The translations under genes and the position numbers were made by a program. From the IMG/VR virus record IMGVR_UViG_3300035661_000004: a stretch of 64,000 nucleotides of DNA; one strand, 5' to 3'. Source of the DNA: a virus (Duplodnaviria > Caudoviricetes). Shown in pieces: positions 30,567 through 41,115 of the stretch; the first letter of the stretch is position 1, and every line of letters starts with the position of its first letter. Below the pieces are notes generated by a model. That model was given only the letters and a program-made list of their open reading frames with translations. It did no database searches and was not told where the DNA came from.

Positions 30567-32357
30567 TCACTCGTCTTGGTCGCTGAAGATGGCAGTTAGC
30601 TCTGACATGAGCTTATTGAGAGCTTGCTCCCAAGTATCAAACACAGCTTCGTCCTCGCCGTCGGTGAGCGCGCCGCCGTCAACAAACATCAGGATGCGTT
30701 CTTCGTTAGGCACCCGGCGGATGATGTACGAGCATTCGGTGTCATAGTCACCGCCGCTGGCTTTCAAGGTGACCCTCAACCTGTCCCTGTTGCCTGAGTA
30801 CGGCACGTGCGATGCGCCGAATGTCCAATTGTAGTGCTGGCATCTAAGGCATGCATGCAGTACGCCGCCACTCATCTTGACGTCGTCAAACTCACGGCCT
30901 CTAGGCGTCTCAAAGCCGATGAACTTCTGCTGAAGCGAAAGCATCACGCGCTTGCTGTATTCAACCTCTTCAAAGATCTTCTCAACAGGGCCGTCGGCGA
31001 TAGTCCGTTGGATCACGTTGTCGTCGAGGTGGACTGTCTTAGAGTAAGCGATGGCCTCTCTTGTTTGCTCAACGTCACGCACTCGGACTCGCTCAACGCT
31101 GAAGCGGTCAAGCGTGCTCACATAGATTGTTAGCGGATGCTTAGTCGTTGCGATGAGCCGTCGATCATCAAGAGTAAGCTCGTACTCCTGCGTGTAGTTA
31201 ACGTGGTTCCGCTTAAAGCCTGCCGCTGTGATGATCTTCAAGAACGCAGTACGTTCCGCATAAGCAACATGTAGCTTGACCCAGTGAGGTAGAGCGGCAT
31301 CATCACCCAAGAGGTTCGCGACCCAGTGAGGTAGAGCGGCATCATCACCCAAGAGGTTCGCGATGCTTACGTCGTAGAGCTTGTCGCCGAGGTGATCATA
31401 GACGACGACCTCCTTGCCGCCATCTTCAATCTTGACATTGTGCTTAGGCAGCGCGTCAACGATAGCCTGCTGGATCAAGAGAGCCCGTGACCGCAACGTG
31501 CTGGCTTCATTGAGCTTACTTGTACACGCCTGGCGTAGCTCAGCAGGTACGACCAGCTTCTTGCTTTCCAAGCCCTCAACGGCTCGCTTCAGGATCTCCT
31601 TCAGCTGTGCCTTGTGCGGGAAGCTTGATGACATCATTAGCTTGAAGGCGTCGCCGTAGGTCATGACCTGCTTCGCGCTCACGCTTGAGCCGAAGAGGAT
31701 GGTGCAGATCTTGTCAGGGTCGCTGGTGATCAGGCTCTTGCCCGTGGTCTTGAAGGACTTCGTGATCCCGCGTTTTCCTGCCTTGTCCTGTGTTGACCTA
31801 TAGAGCCCACGGCTTAGATCGAATGCAAGCCTACTCCTTGCCGTCTCTTGGCCGTCTGCCGCCCTGGCCGTCACCTTGTACTCCGCATACTTCGCGATTG
31901 CAAACAGCAGCTCATTGCGGTGAGAGCCCTTCAAGCCTAGCTTCAGGTCGTTCGGGGCGTTGTAGTAGGCCCACTTCGCTAGCTTGAGGTTCGTTGTAGG
32001 GATGATGTCAACTTGGGCTATCTTTGACCCATGGAGCCGCGCAAAGCTGTAGACATTAAGGCCCGGCATGTGGCGGAATTGGCCGTTCAAAGCCAGCTGC
32101 TCTACGGCGGTTTTGACGAGCGTAACATCAGCCTCCACCGCGACGTCGATATCACCTGAGAGCTGGTCGGGCTCCTTCAAACCGGCGCTGCCGACAAGCG
32201 CGATAGCTGATGACGGGAGGTTAAGCTTGACCTTGAGGTCACAGATGACCTGCATGCCGATCTCCCGAGCCTCGGCTTGGGTCAGCGGGTGGGAGCCCTT
32301 GATAGCGGCGCCGCCTTCAAGGATGAGGGCTTCGGAGAGGAAGGTCTTGAAAGTCAT
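30567..32357 (-). CDS. Nucleotidyltransferase-domain virion-type protein
   Basis: LVGSAG...SGDIDVAV Pol-beta-family motif; N-terminus MTFKTFLSEA. Confidence 0.6.
   Translation of the reverse strand: MTFKTFLSEALILEGGAAIKGSHPLTQAEAREIGMQVICDLKVKLNLPSSAIALVGSAGLKEPDQLSGDIDVAVEADVTLVKTAVEQLALNGQFRHMPGLNVYSFARLHGSKIAQVDIIPTTNLKLAKWAYYNAPNDLKLGLKGSHRNELLFAIAKYAEYKVTARAADGQETARSRLAFDLSRGLYRSTQDKAGKRGITKSFKTTGKSLITSDPDKICTILFGSSVSAKQVMTYGDAFKLMMSSSFPHKAQLKEILKRAVEGLESKKLVVPAELRQACTSKLNEASTLRSRALLIQQAIVDALPKHNVKIEDGGKEVVVYDHLGDKLYDVSIANLLGDDAALPHWVANLLGDDAALPHWVKLHVAYAERTAFLKIITAAGFKRNHVNYTQEYELTLDDRRLIATTKHPLTIYVSTLDRFSVERVRVRDVEQTREAIAYSKTVHLDDNVIQRTIADGPVEKIFEEVEYSKRVMLSLQQKFIGFETPRGREFDDVKMSGGVLHACLRCQHYNWTFGASHVPYSGNRDRLRVTLKASGGDYDTECSYIIRRVPNEERILMFVDGGALTDGEDEAVFDTWEQALNKLMSELTAIFSDQDE
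31279..31362. repeat. Perfect 42-bp tandem duplication (in frame, ANLLGDDAALPHWV x2)
   Basis: Two adjacent identical 42-mers. Confidence 0.9.
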
Positions 32358-32827
32358 TTGATAATAAGCTTGGGGTCAATTGGCTTGCTGCAAACTAGCC
32401 AAAAGCCAGTAGATATTTTCTTTTGAATGCCAAAAAATATCCACGGCAAGATATCTTTGTCAATGACAGTAATGACGCGCTCAAATTCTATGCTAGACCA
32501 GCCATTCACGGTCATTAGATCGCTAATCCAATGGCTAGCGTACATGTGTTCGGGGTCGGGAAGGATGTCATCGGCGACATCACTGCCTTTCACGCTAAGC
32601 GTCACCCAGTCTTCATGCTTAAGCAGATTTACTTTATTAAAGCTAAAGAAAGAGTTCTTTACGAAACCGTTAGCCAAGATTGACTCAACGTTTTCTTTAC
32701 GTGTTTGATGATAGAGAACTCCAGCTGCAATCAATTTTTTGAATCTAAGCTTAGCATCCTGAACGCTTTTAGCGTCAGGGCTTGGAGCCTCATACTTATA
32801 AGACTCAATGATTTGCGAGAGCTTCAT
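32354..32827 (-). CDS. ADP-ribosyltransferase-fold-like protein
   Basis: LYHQT...ESILANGF N-terminal motif; TAAATA 5 nt before the ATG. Confidence 0.4.
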   Translation of the reverse strand: MKLSQIIESYKYEAPSPDAKSVQDAKLRFKKLIAAGVLYHQTRKENVESILANGFVKNSFFSFNKVNLLKHEDWVTLSVKGSDVADDILPDPEHMYASHWISDLMTVNGWSSIEFERVITVIDKDILPWIFFGIQKKISTGFWLVCSKPIDPKLIIK

Positions 32828-33959
32828 GCTCCTATTTACAAAGCCTAGATGTCGGCTGAAGGCTCGATGAAGGTTAGACCCCGCAGCTTCGCGTCCCGCA
32901 TGATCAACTTGATCTCTGCGGCATAAGCCTTGTTGGCCTCATCAGCTAGCTCCTGCGCGGCTCGTTGGGTCGGGGCGTCACCGACGCTCCCATAAGACCC
33001 AGCTGCTAGCTTGTAGACGGCGTGCCACCTGCCGCCTGCGGCTTGTAAGACAACGTGTCTCATTGGTAGCCGCTCTTGCTAAAGCGAAGCACTGGCTTAT
33101 AGCTCATGCGGCCCTGCAGATGTCAAAGGCTTCCTTGTAGGTCACCTCATAGCGGCGCAACAGCTTGCGGATTGCGTTGGGGGTTGTCATGCCTGTGCGC
33201 ATGAGATCGGCGTACTCGAGGCGGATCTTGCGCCGGTCATCCTTGCCTAGCTTGCAGCACTCTGGGTCGGCATCGCTCAGGTGATGGCGATGTGCGTTGG
33301 GAGCGATGGGTTCCTCAACGGGTTTTGCAGGGCGGCCGCGCTGACGTTTAGGCGGTTCGATGTTTTCTAAGGTTCGCTCCTGCTCAGCAGCAGTAAGTTG
33401 GTTGATGATAAAAGAAAATGGTGTGCATGACTCGGTGTGCATCTGCAAGCTTCGAGTAAAGCAACTCACCTTTTGGGTGAGACATCAGGTTTTAGGCCTG
33501 AAGAGGGGCGAAATTCATTTTACCACATACCGTTCTGCCGTGGCATTTATTAGAAGGCATAACTTTGATATTCGATTCGGCTCATCAGGAGGTTAACCAT
33601 CAGGTGCTTTCCATTGACATAGGTAAACACCTGCTCCTTCAAGCGCTTTGATTCCTCGATGTCGAGGATCCGGAAGCGACCTTCTTTCATCGGGTAGACC
33701 TTGAAGATGGCTCTTCGGTGTTGCCTGATGATAAGCGTGGGCACCTTCGGTTCAGAGACAGCCTCAATGCGTACATCGTACGAGTCATCGAGCTTGTCGA
33801 CCAGCTCTTGCTGTGCTAGCAGCAAGATTGGCCGAAGCGGTTTAATGTCCATGAGCACATTATATCCACTTCGATTCCAAAAAGAAACATCGGTTACAGC
33901 AAAAAGAACGGGCCAAGGCGCGCGTTAGGCAGCTACACCTAAGTGGATACATAGTACTC

Positions 33960-34460
33960 ATGCAAGGCTTCATCTATCTCTGGCGCGACTCGTTGCGTAA
34001 CATGTACTACATCGGCTCTCATGAAGGAGTACCGACAGACAGCTACACCTCATCGTCGCGTTGGTTCAATGGTGAATATCACTATCGACCTCAAGACTTC
34101 AAGCGTCGAATCCTTAAGATCAGCGACATTGAAGAGATTCGAAAGCTAGAATGGGATCTACTAGCCAGAATTAAGGACTGTGAGTACAATACCAAGTACT
34201 ACAATCAGAAAGTCGGTCGCAAGAAAGGTCAATTGCCATGGAATGCAGGCAAGACAATGTCTGAAGACTATTGTAAAGCTATCAGCGAAGGCCGAAAGGG
34301 GAAAGGCACGGGGAAACCTGCCTGGAACAAAGGGGTAAAGAATCCCAATGCAGCTGAAAATGGACGCAAGTCAGCTGAAAAATTGTCTAAGACAATTACA
34401 GGCAGGAAAATTGCCGTCGTTGACGGTAAGAGGACGTGGGTATATCCTGAAGGGGTGTAG
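33960..34460 (+). mobile_element. GIY-YIG (Seg-like) homing endonuclease
   Basis: GFIY...YYIGSH, YYNQK and PWNAGK/AWNKG NUMOD3 repeats; AT-rich. Confidence 0.85.
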
Positions 34461-34712
34461 CCGTTTCTGTTGCCAAGTACGGCTACGAACTCCGAAGGCT
34501 TATTAGGCCGCCATCGCGTAGACAGAGTCGTTTGCGTTTGTAATGCTTTGCGCTGCTTACGGCAGTCACCTATCGAGCGCCTATGGTCATACTACGCGTC
34601 GGTCGATCGCCAAGTCACCCCCACCGAAGAACACATGATATGTGCTTGGGTGGAGGTGCCGGGAATTGAACCCGGGTGTCGCCGCTTTTCTTACCTTCAG
34701 TTTACGCTGTTC
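34452..34712 (-). ncRNA. ssrA: Circularly permuted (two-piece) tmRNA
   Basis: Acceptor piece (CCGGG-TTCAATT-CCCGG-CACCTCC-A, ending at 34651) precedes the coding piece starting GGGGGTG at 34622; G3.U70 pair; tag GCA AAC GAC TCT GTC TAC GCG ATG GCG GCC TAA (ANDSVYAMAA, 34535-34503); outer ends approximate. Confidence 0.92.
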
Positions 34713-34993
34713 AGCTCTTATTTACTTCCACGGATTCTTGTCGAGCTCTTTGTGCAAACGCTCAACGCCGATCTTGGCGATGTAAGCAGGCCCATCCTCT
34801 GACCACACGAAGAAGATCGGGTTGCCGGTGAAGAACGCCAGCATCACCTGATCCACGGTCTCCATGAAGACAGCGTGGATCATGATCCGTGTGCCCCGCA
34901 TCACGTGCAGCTTCTTGTCCCGCAGGACCACGTCATAGTCAAGCGCAAGTCGGTCGATGAACGTTTGTTGAAGCTCCAGGAGCTTGTTCTTGC

Positions 34994-35434
34994 TCATTTC
35001 AGCACCGCTACCATCAGCACAACGCACCCGGATTGGGTATCCTCGAGGTCCATGCGGTGGGGCCGCTGATGGTTGAACTCGTAGACCTTGTCAAGCTCTA
35101 CCTGCATCGTGACGCCGTCGGCCGTGATGGTTGAGACGCCGCTAGGCAGGATGAGGGGCACAACGAGTGTGCGGTCCGTGAACCGCTCGAGGTCGAGCTC
35201 GTCAACGTGCTCCTCAGCGCCGGCGCAGACTGAGAAGTAGACGAAGTCGAGCTTCTCAACCGGCACGCCTGCGATGTAGCTCAGGTGCGTCATCAGGTGC
35301 TGAGCGGCAAGATTATGAAGCTGATGCGTTTGAAACCGCTTCGGCGTGTTGACCTTGTAGCTCAGGTACCTGATCTCGTTGGCCGCTTGGCGAAGCGGCC
35401 AGCCCACATCCACGGAGCCGATGCGGCGGATCAT
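34994..35434 (-). CDS. 2OG-Fe(II) oxygenase/cupin-like protein
   Basis: HVD...FNHQRPH metal-binding pattern. Confidence 0.5.
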   Translation of the reverse strand: MIRRIGSVDVGWPLRQAANEIRYLSYKVNTPKRFQTHQLHNLAAQHLMTHLSYIAGVPVEKLDFVYFSVCAGAEEHVDELDLERFTDRTLVVPLILPSGVSTITADGVTMQVELDKVYEFNHQRPHRMDLEDTQSGCVVLMVAVLK

Positions 35435-35702
35435 CGCGGGTCTACGCCTTCAACGCGCCCCATGGTCCAGAGGCCGTTGCGTTGGTCCCCGCGTGGGTCA
35501 TTCTGCCCTTCGGTGCCGAAGAAGTCAGCTTGGCCCAGCTCATCGAGGATGTCATTTAGCGCTTCAGAGTAAGCGAGGGCGTCATCATGATCGCTAACTA
35601 TTTGGTCCTTGATTCTAGACAGCACCGTTAGCACGCGCTTCTGGGTAAGTGTCATGACACTAGAGGGAAATTCGACGGTTTCTACTGTGCTGTCTAAGGA
35701 CA

Positions 35703-36638
35703 TCATGCGGTCTCCAAGCGCCACAGCGGGCGCGCAAATGAGTCATCGCGGATGATCGGCCGCCTGCAGATGTCATGTGTGCGCCCGTAGGCCAAGTGGC
35801 CACGATGGTCGGCAGGCAGGATGATGCCGGTCACCTCATGGATGAAGTCCATGCGATAGCGCATCGAGCCGCTGTACATGTAGGCGATCTGCAGCACCAC
35901 CATGGCAACCTCGCAGAACTTCAGCCAGTCCTCCGTCGGGAGGTCTTTCAGCCTAACATGCGGGTTGATGCCTGTCAGCCAGAAGGTTTCCGCCCGGTAG
36001 ATGTTGCCTAAGCCAGCGATGAAGCTTTGCTCGAGAGCGACATCGCCCATTCGCATGTTCTGCACCCGCTTCGGCGCGCCCTCCTTGAGCGCAACGACCG
36101 TGCCTTTGGCCACCGCCATGTCGGTCATCAGCTTCGGCAGCTCATTGAGCAGGTCAAAGCCGATGCGGCGCTTCAGCTCAGCTTCGGGCATGCCGTCAGG
36201 CCAGTACTCCATGTTGCCAAAGTTGCGCATGTCGGTGTAGACAGCGTGAACCTCGTCCTTATGCAGGCCGTAGTCGCCGCGAAGCTGGACTCTGGCATGC
36301 TTCAACGCCGAGTTGATGATGTCACGCATCGGCACTAGAGCGCCGCCGACATAGGCCTTCTGGTTGTTGTGAGCGACATGGATGCTGTCGGAGGCCGGGT
36401 ACCACCAACCGCTCATGCCCAGAGTGGACGTCAGCTCGCCGCCGTTGTCAAGCGTGAGCTTGATGAGTTTGCCGTGGGCCCGCACTTGTGTGACCACGCC
36501 TGGCTTGAATTTGTCAAGGCCTGGGATGCCTTTCTTGAGCAGCTTGCCTGAGACCAACTCGATGCGTTCGAGGGTGTTGCCGATCACTAGCTCGTCGAGC
36601 AGGTCGGCGTTGCGCTTAACCTCTGGACCTTCAGGCAT
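35703..36638 (-). CDS. Fpg/Nei-family DNA glycosylase/AP lyase
   Basis: N-terminal MPEGPEV, AHGKLI, LGMSG, DMRNFG and H2TH motif IAGLGNIYRAE. Confidence 0.9.
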   Translation of the reverse strand: MPEGPEVKRNADLLDELVIGNTLERIELVSGKLLKKGIPGLDKFKPGVVTQVRAHGKLIKLTLDNGGELTSTLGMSGWWYPASDSIHVAHNNQKAYVGGALVPMRDIINSALKHARVQLRGDYGLHKDEVHAVYTDMRNFGNMEYWPDGMPEAELKRRIGFDLLNELPKLMTDMAVAKGTVVALKEGAPKRVQNMRMGDVALEQSFIAGLGNIYRAETFWLTGINPHVRLKDLPTEDWLKFCEVAMVVLQIAYMYSGSMRYRMDFIHEVTGIILPADHRGHLAYGRTHDICRRPIIRDDSFARPLWRLETA

Positions 36639-37711
36639 GCTCACCCTCGACCGACTGTGTCATGACGGCGGCGCCGTACTTGTCGGTGATCAGCAGCCCA
36701 GCCGCCTGCTCGAGCTCAGGCGTGCTGAAGCTGAAGCTGGCATACGGGCTGCTGATCGACCGAAACCGGAAGTGCCGCTCAGTCAACAGCTCGTGAATGG
36801 CGTCGTAGAGGTTTGAGGGAACGCTGATCATGCATGCACCAGCTTGTGGTGCACGCCGTTGATGACCATGTAGGTCAGCGGCCGTTTGTGCATGTCGGTC
36901 ACCGTACGCTCGCACAGCGCCAAAGCGGTCATGATGTTCTTGTCCGTCACGCCGTCCTTGTACAGGTTGAGGAAGCCCTCGCACTGCTCGTCGGTGGCGA
37001 GCTCGAACAGCTCGTAGAGAACCGCAACCTTGGCGTACTCGATCTTCGCCATGGCCTTTGAGGTCATCGCGTGCAGGTTGTCCTTGTAGGAGCTGAGTAG
37101 CGTATCAAGCGCCAGCAGCTGTTCACGTTTCATCGTTGAGTCCTGTGAAGTGCTTGAAGTCAGGCACGTCATGCGCGCCTGGGTCACGGTCAAAGATCGC
37201 GGTTGCAAGCTCAGCGACCGTCTCGTAGTCGATGAGGAGCGGCTCTCTGTCAGGGTCATGCCCTTCATGCACACGAGCGTGCCCAGGAACCGTCACCTCG
37301 ATGCCCATGCGCCGAATGACGCCTTTGTGCGACAGCGTGAAGGTCGCGATGCTGTCGCTCAGGTACTTCAGCGAAGCGTCATCATAGCCTGCCGTCAGCA
37401 ATGCGTCTTGCAGCTGGAGGCAGAAGGCGCGGTTCACGGCCCGCTTCGCAAGGCTTTCGCCAGCTTATCGCATGCGGCGTTATACTGGCCGAGCTCCGTT
37501 TGCCAGTAGTCCTGGTCGCTCCACTGCCCGGTGTAGCTCGGCACCTTGGCTTGAGCTTGCCGGAGCTGGATGCGAGCCTGCAGCATCTCGCAGACTGCGT
37601 CCGCGATGGCGTGAGCCCCAGGCTCTTGAGGCTCGGGAGCCTTGCCGCCGAACGCGACGTATGGCGGGCTCGAAAGGTCGGCGAAGATCTCGGTGAACAG
37701 ATTGTCTCTCA

Positions 37712-37798
37712 TGGTGCGCCCGGCCGGACTCGAACCGGCACGCCACTGCTGGCGTCAGGACCTAAACCTGGTGTGTCTACCAATTTCACCACGGGCGC
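37712..37798 (-). tRNA. tRNA-Leu(TAG)
   Basis: Cloverleaf with long variable arm, anticodon loop TT-TAG-GT, encoded CCA. Confidence 0.92.
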
Positions 37799-38578
37799 GC
37801 TTTTGGAAAGTCCTGTGTCAAGCCCAGGCTTTCGCCATATACGTAAGCCCAACCATCTTTCCTGGACAGTATAAAAGATGAGTTCTCTATTGTGTGATCA
37901 TATGCATAGCTTGCGCTACATGATAGCCTCCATCGGCTGGTTACTCATCGGTTGCGTCGATGGGATGACGTGCTTGCTCAACCAGCTCGAGGATCTTTAA
38001 CCTTGCTGGCTTCAGGTAATGCTTGAACGTACGGCCGCTTGCTGAGCTCGTCGAGCGCTGTGTGGCTCTGGTGCTTCAGCACCAGCGGGTTGGTCTCAGC
38101 GTCAACGACGATGCTGAACAGCTCGTTCCCGAGCAGGGACTCGGCCATCAGGACCAGGTCCGCTTCAGGGAGAACCAACAACGCCTCTTTGAACGAGCTC
38201 ATGCGACCACCAGAATCTTGGCCTTGCTGAGCTGTGGCAGGCGGATCACGGTGTCGAGCGTGGGCTTCAGCAGCCAGCTCTTGACGGTGCCGTCATGCTT
38301 CTTGTCAACATGGCTGACATAGAACGAGGCCTCCTCGCCCGAGCCTGTCGAGATGACGTGCATGCCTTCATCGGCGGTGCGGTCATTGACAGGCTCGAAG
38401 ATCGGGAGGCCTCGAGCGGCGTGCTGCAGGACGCCAGCACGTGTTACCAGCATACCCAAGTGCTTGCTGAAGTTGAACAGGTTGCTTGGGTATTGCATGG
38501 CAGTCTCGCTGTTTGGGATTCGGTAGGATGATTGTATCACAAAGCCAAGCCTTGTAAACACATCATCCAGGCCGAAGC

Positions 38579-39001
38579 TTACTTCAGCGATTCCAGCAGG
38601 GCCTGCAGGTCCTCGACGGACATGTCGTTGATGGCGTTGGCCTTCTTGTCGTCGATGGCCTTCATCACCAGCTGGCGCTGAGCGGCGCGAGCGGCGGCGT
38701 TGGCGGCGGCCGTGCGTTCGGTCGAGATGACGTCGATGACGTACTTGACGACCTCGAGCTTCAGCGGCGTGACGACGTCAGCCGGCTTGGCGCTGGCCGT
38801 GACGAAGCTGGTCGGCTCGTCATTGTCGGCCTTGGCCTTGCGGAACAGAGACTTGGCGATGTCGTCCAGGTTGGCCTTGCCGGTGCCCGAGGTCAGCGGC
38901 AGGTCCCACAGGTCCTCGATGGCCAGCGCGCCCTTCGGCGTGTCGAAGCGCCACTTCTGGCGGGAGGCCTGCAGCAGCAGGTTGTCGATGTTGGTTGTCA
39001 T
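38579..39001 (-). CDS. Conserved phage hypothetical protein, likely partner of the upstream 693-aa protein
   Basis: QASRQKWRFDTPKGAL.IEDLWDLPL; co-transcribed pair. Confidence 0.7.
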   Translation of the reverse strand: MTTNIDNLLLQASRQKWRFDTPKGALAIEDLWDLPLTSGTGKANLDDIAKSLFRKAKADNDEPTSFVTASAKPADVVTPLKLEVVKYVIDVISTERTAAANAAARAAQRQLVMKAIDDKKANAINDMSVEDLQALLESLK

Positions 39002-39033
39002 GATGTGCTTCCTTTCAGTGTTGCACGGGTGGA

Positions 39034-41115
39034 TCAGAATGCGACTCGGATGACGCGGTTGAGAGCGCCCTTGACACGCACGACCACGGTGTCGCGTACC
39101 GTGGACGAGAAGCCCAGGCCCGACAGCTGTTCGGACGCCTTGGCGACCTTCAGCTTGGAGCCGACCATCTCCAGGACCTTGCGGTGCTTGTTCAGCTCCG
39201 GGGTCAGGAACTCGTTGTAGAAGCCACGGGCGGTGCCGTCATTGGCACAGCCTTGCAGCATGAAGAAGTAGTGCTTGTTGCCGGCGCCCTTCTGGTCATC
39301 CCAGTGGTTCGGTGACAGCATCACGACGTTGACTTGCTGGAAGGTCTGGGTCTTCAGGCCCCAGACATCCTTCGTCGTGCTCGTGCTCGGCAGCGACTCG
39401 ATGATCGTGAAGCCGTCCTTCTTCGAGTACTTGATCTTCGCCACGGTCAGGTTCGACCGAGACGGGATCGCGCGATCGTAGTAGATCGTCGTGGTCACGC
39501 CGTCGAACTCGATGTCGACGCCGAAGCCCTTGCCGTCCGTCGACCGCTTGACGAAGTTGTTGATGAACAGCTCGTAGACGCCTTCTTTCATGCGGTTGCG
39601 GTTGGCGTAGTAGATGTTCTCGCACGGCTCGTTCTTCATGCCGTCAACGCCGTTGGCGTCCAGGTCCAGCTCGCCACCGCACGGAGACAGGCTACGGCCA
39701 CCCTTCAGCCGGTAGCTGCCGTAGTAGATCTCGGAGCCGCCCGGCTCGACCATGTGGAAATCCAGGTCATCGGTGTAGTCCCAGGCCAGGCGGCAGCACA
39801 GCTCGCCGACCACTTGGCCGCCGGCGCTCTTAACACGTTCCTTGATCGAGTCCGTCACGTCGCCGGTGTAGGACCAGCTGAAGGAGTTGTCCCAAGCAAA
39901 CAGCTTGCCAGCCGTCGGGTCGGTTGGAGCGATCAGGCTGACCAGGCGGTTGGTGTGCTTGTTCTCCAACAGCAGCTCGATCGACTTGGCCGTCGGCAGG
40001 ATGTCCTTCAGGAACTTCTCGATGCCCACCTCCTCGATCTTGTCGAAGGACCTGGTCGAGACCTTGGCGTCACCCACCAGGTCATCGAACACGTCGCCGG
40101 TCATGGTCGCCTTGGCGTCGCGGTTGGCGAACAACACGTTGTTGACCGTGATGTCCGTCAGGACTGCGAAGCGGCGTTCCAGGGCCGAGACCAAGCCCAG
40201 CTTCTGCAGCTCGCCCTTGGCCTTCTCGATCATGCCCTTGGTAACCAGCGCCGTCGGACGCTTGTAGTTCTGCGGGGCGGTCTTGGACTCGTAGATCTTG
40301 ACGGCGTCATCCAGCTCCTTCATGGCCAAGTCCTCGACCAACGTGCCGATGACCGAAGTGCGGAAGCCGCACAGTGCGCCTGCTGCCTTGAACTTGGTCC
40401 AGGCGAAGAGCGCTTGTCGGTCAGCCGACAGCTTGTCGAAAGCGGCCTTCAGCTCACGGAAGGAGGTGACGGCGCCCTTGAACTGGTCACCGCGGTAGAT
40501 CGAGCCCTGCGTGATCAGCTCCAGCACCGCGTCGATGTTCTCGATGCTCAGGTCGGTCAGGCTGCGGTGCAGGGAGTCACGGGCCGAGCGGTCTTCGCTC
40601 AGCTTGGTCGCGACATGGTCCTTGCCCACCACGTAAGCGCGCGGGATGTTGACGAAGAAGTGATCCCAGGCTTGCTGACCGCCGTTGACCAGCTGCTCGA
40701 AGCTGCGGTCGGTGCCGGCCTTGTCCAGGTAGTGCAGGAACACGTCGCCGATGGCGTGAGCCTTGACGGTCGCGGACAGCGCGTTGGCAACAGTTTGGTA
40801 AGCCGGCTCCTTGGCGGCGATGTCGATGTCCCAGATGGACGTGAGCGAGCCGTCGGCGTTGATCGTCACGACGTCGCCAACGTCACGGATGAAGTGGCGG
40901 CAGCAGGTACAGTCGTGCTCCGTGCGCTCACGGTACATCGGGTTGGTGCCTTCCGGGAAGGCGCCCAAGTAGGTGTTCCAGAGCAGGTCGCTCTTGGCAC
41001 CGGTCTCATCCTTCGGGATGCTGACGCGGAACAGAGCGGCGTTGTTGGCCGTCATCTCCGCGAAGCGCTTCTGGATCGCCTTCTTGAAGACGTTGAAGTT
41101 CAGCACGTGGGTCAT
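39034..41115 (-). CDS. Large conserved phage early protein with CxCC motif and a C-terminal YfaP/DUF2135-like domain
   Basis: EHDCTCCRHFI; DDLDFHMVEP...GELDLDANG; early promoter at 41144-41172. Confidence 0.7.
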   Translation of the reverse strand: MTHVLNFNVFKKAIQKRFAEMTANNAALFRVSIPKDETGAKSDLLWNTYLGAFPEGTNPMYRERTEHDCTCCRHFIRDVGDVVTINADGSLTSIWDIDIAAKEPAYQTVANALSATVKAHAIGDVFLHYLDKAGTDRSFEQLVNGGQQAWDHFFVNIPRAYVVGKDHVATKLSEDRSARDSLHRSLTDLSIENIDAVLELITQGSIYRGDQFKGAVTSFRELKAAFDKLSADRQALFAWTKFKAAGALCGFRTSVIGTLVEDLAMKELDDAVKIYESKTAPQNYKRPTALVTKGMIEKAKGELQKLGLVSALERRFAVLTDITVNNVLFANRDAKATMTGDVFDDLVGDAKVSTRSFDKIEEVGIEKFLKDILPTAKSIELLLENKHTNRLVSLIAPTDPTAGKLFAWDNSFSWSYTGDVTDSIKERVKSAGGQVVGELCCRLAWDYTDDLDFHMVEPGGSEIYYGSYRLKGGRSLSPCGGELDLDANGVDGMKNEPCENIYYANRNRMKEGVYELFINNFVKRSTDGKGFGVDIEFDGVTTTIYYDRAIPSRSNLTVAKIKYSKKDGFTIIESLPSTSTTKDVWGLKTQTFQQVNVVMLSPNHWDDQKGAGNKHYFFMLQGCANDGTARGFYNEFLTPELNKHRKVLEMVGSKLKVAKASEQLSGLGFSSTVRDTVVVRVKGALNRVIRVAF

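Noticed and set aside
31279-31362. CRISPR array or mini-array
   Set aside because: Two abutting repeats with no spacer, inside a coding sequence. No repeat-spacer array, cas gene, rRNA, integrase or transposase was seen anywhere in the window.
37800-37978. Second attenuator upstream of tRNA-Leu(TAG)
   Set aside because: The short ORFs there (MITQ, MSNQPMEAIM) have no Leu run, and no terminator/antiterminator pair could be found.
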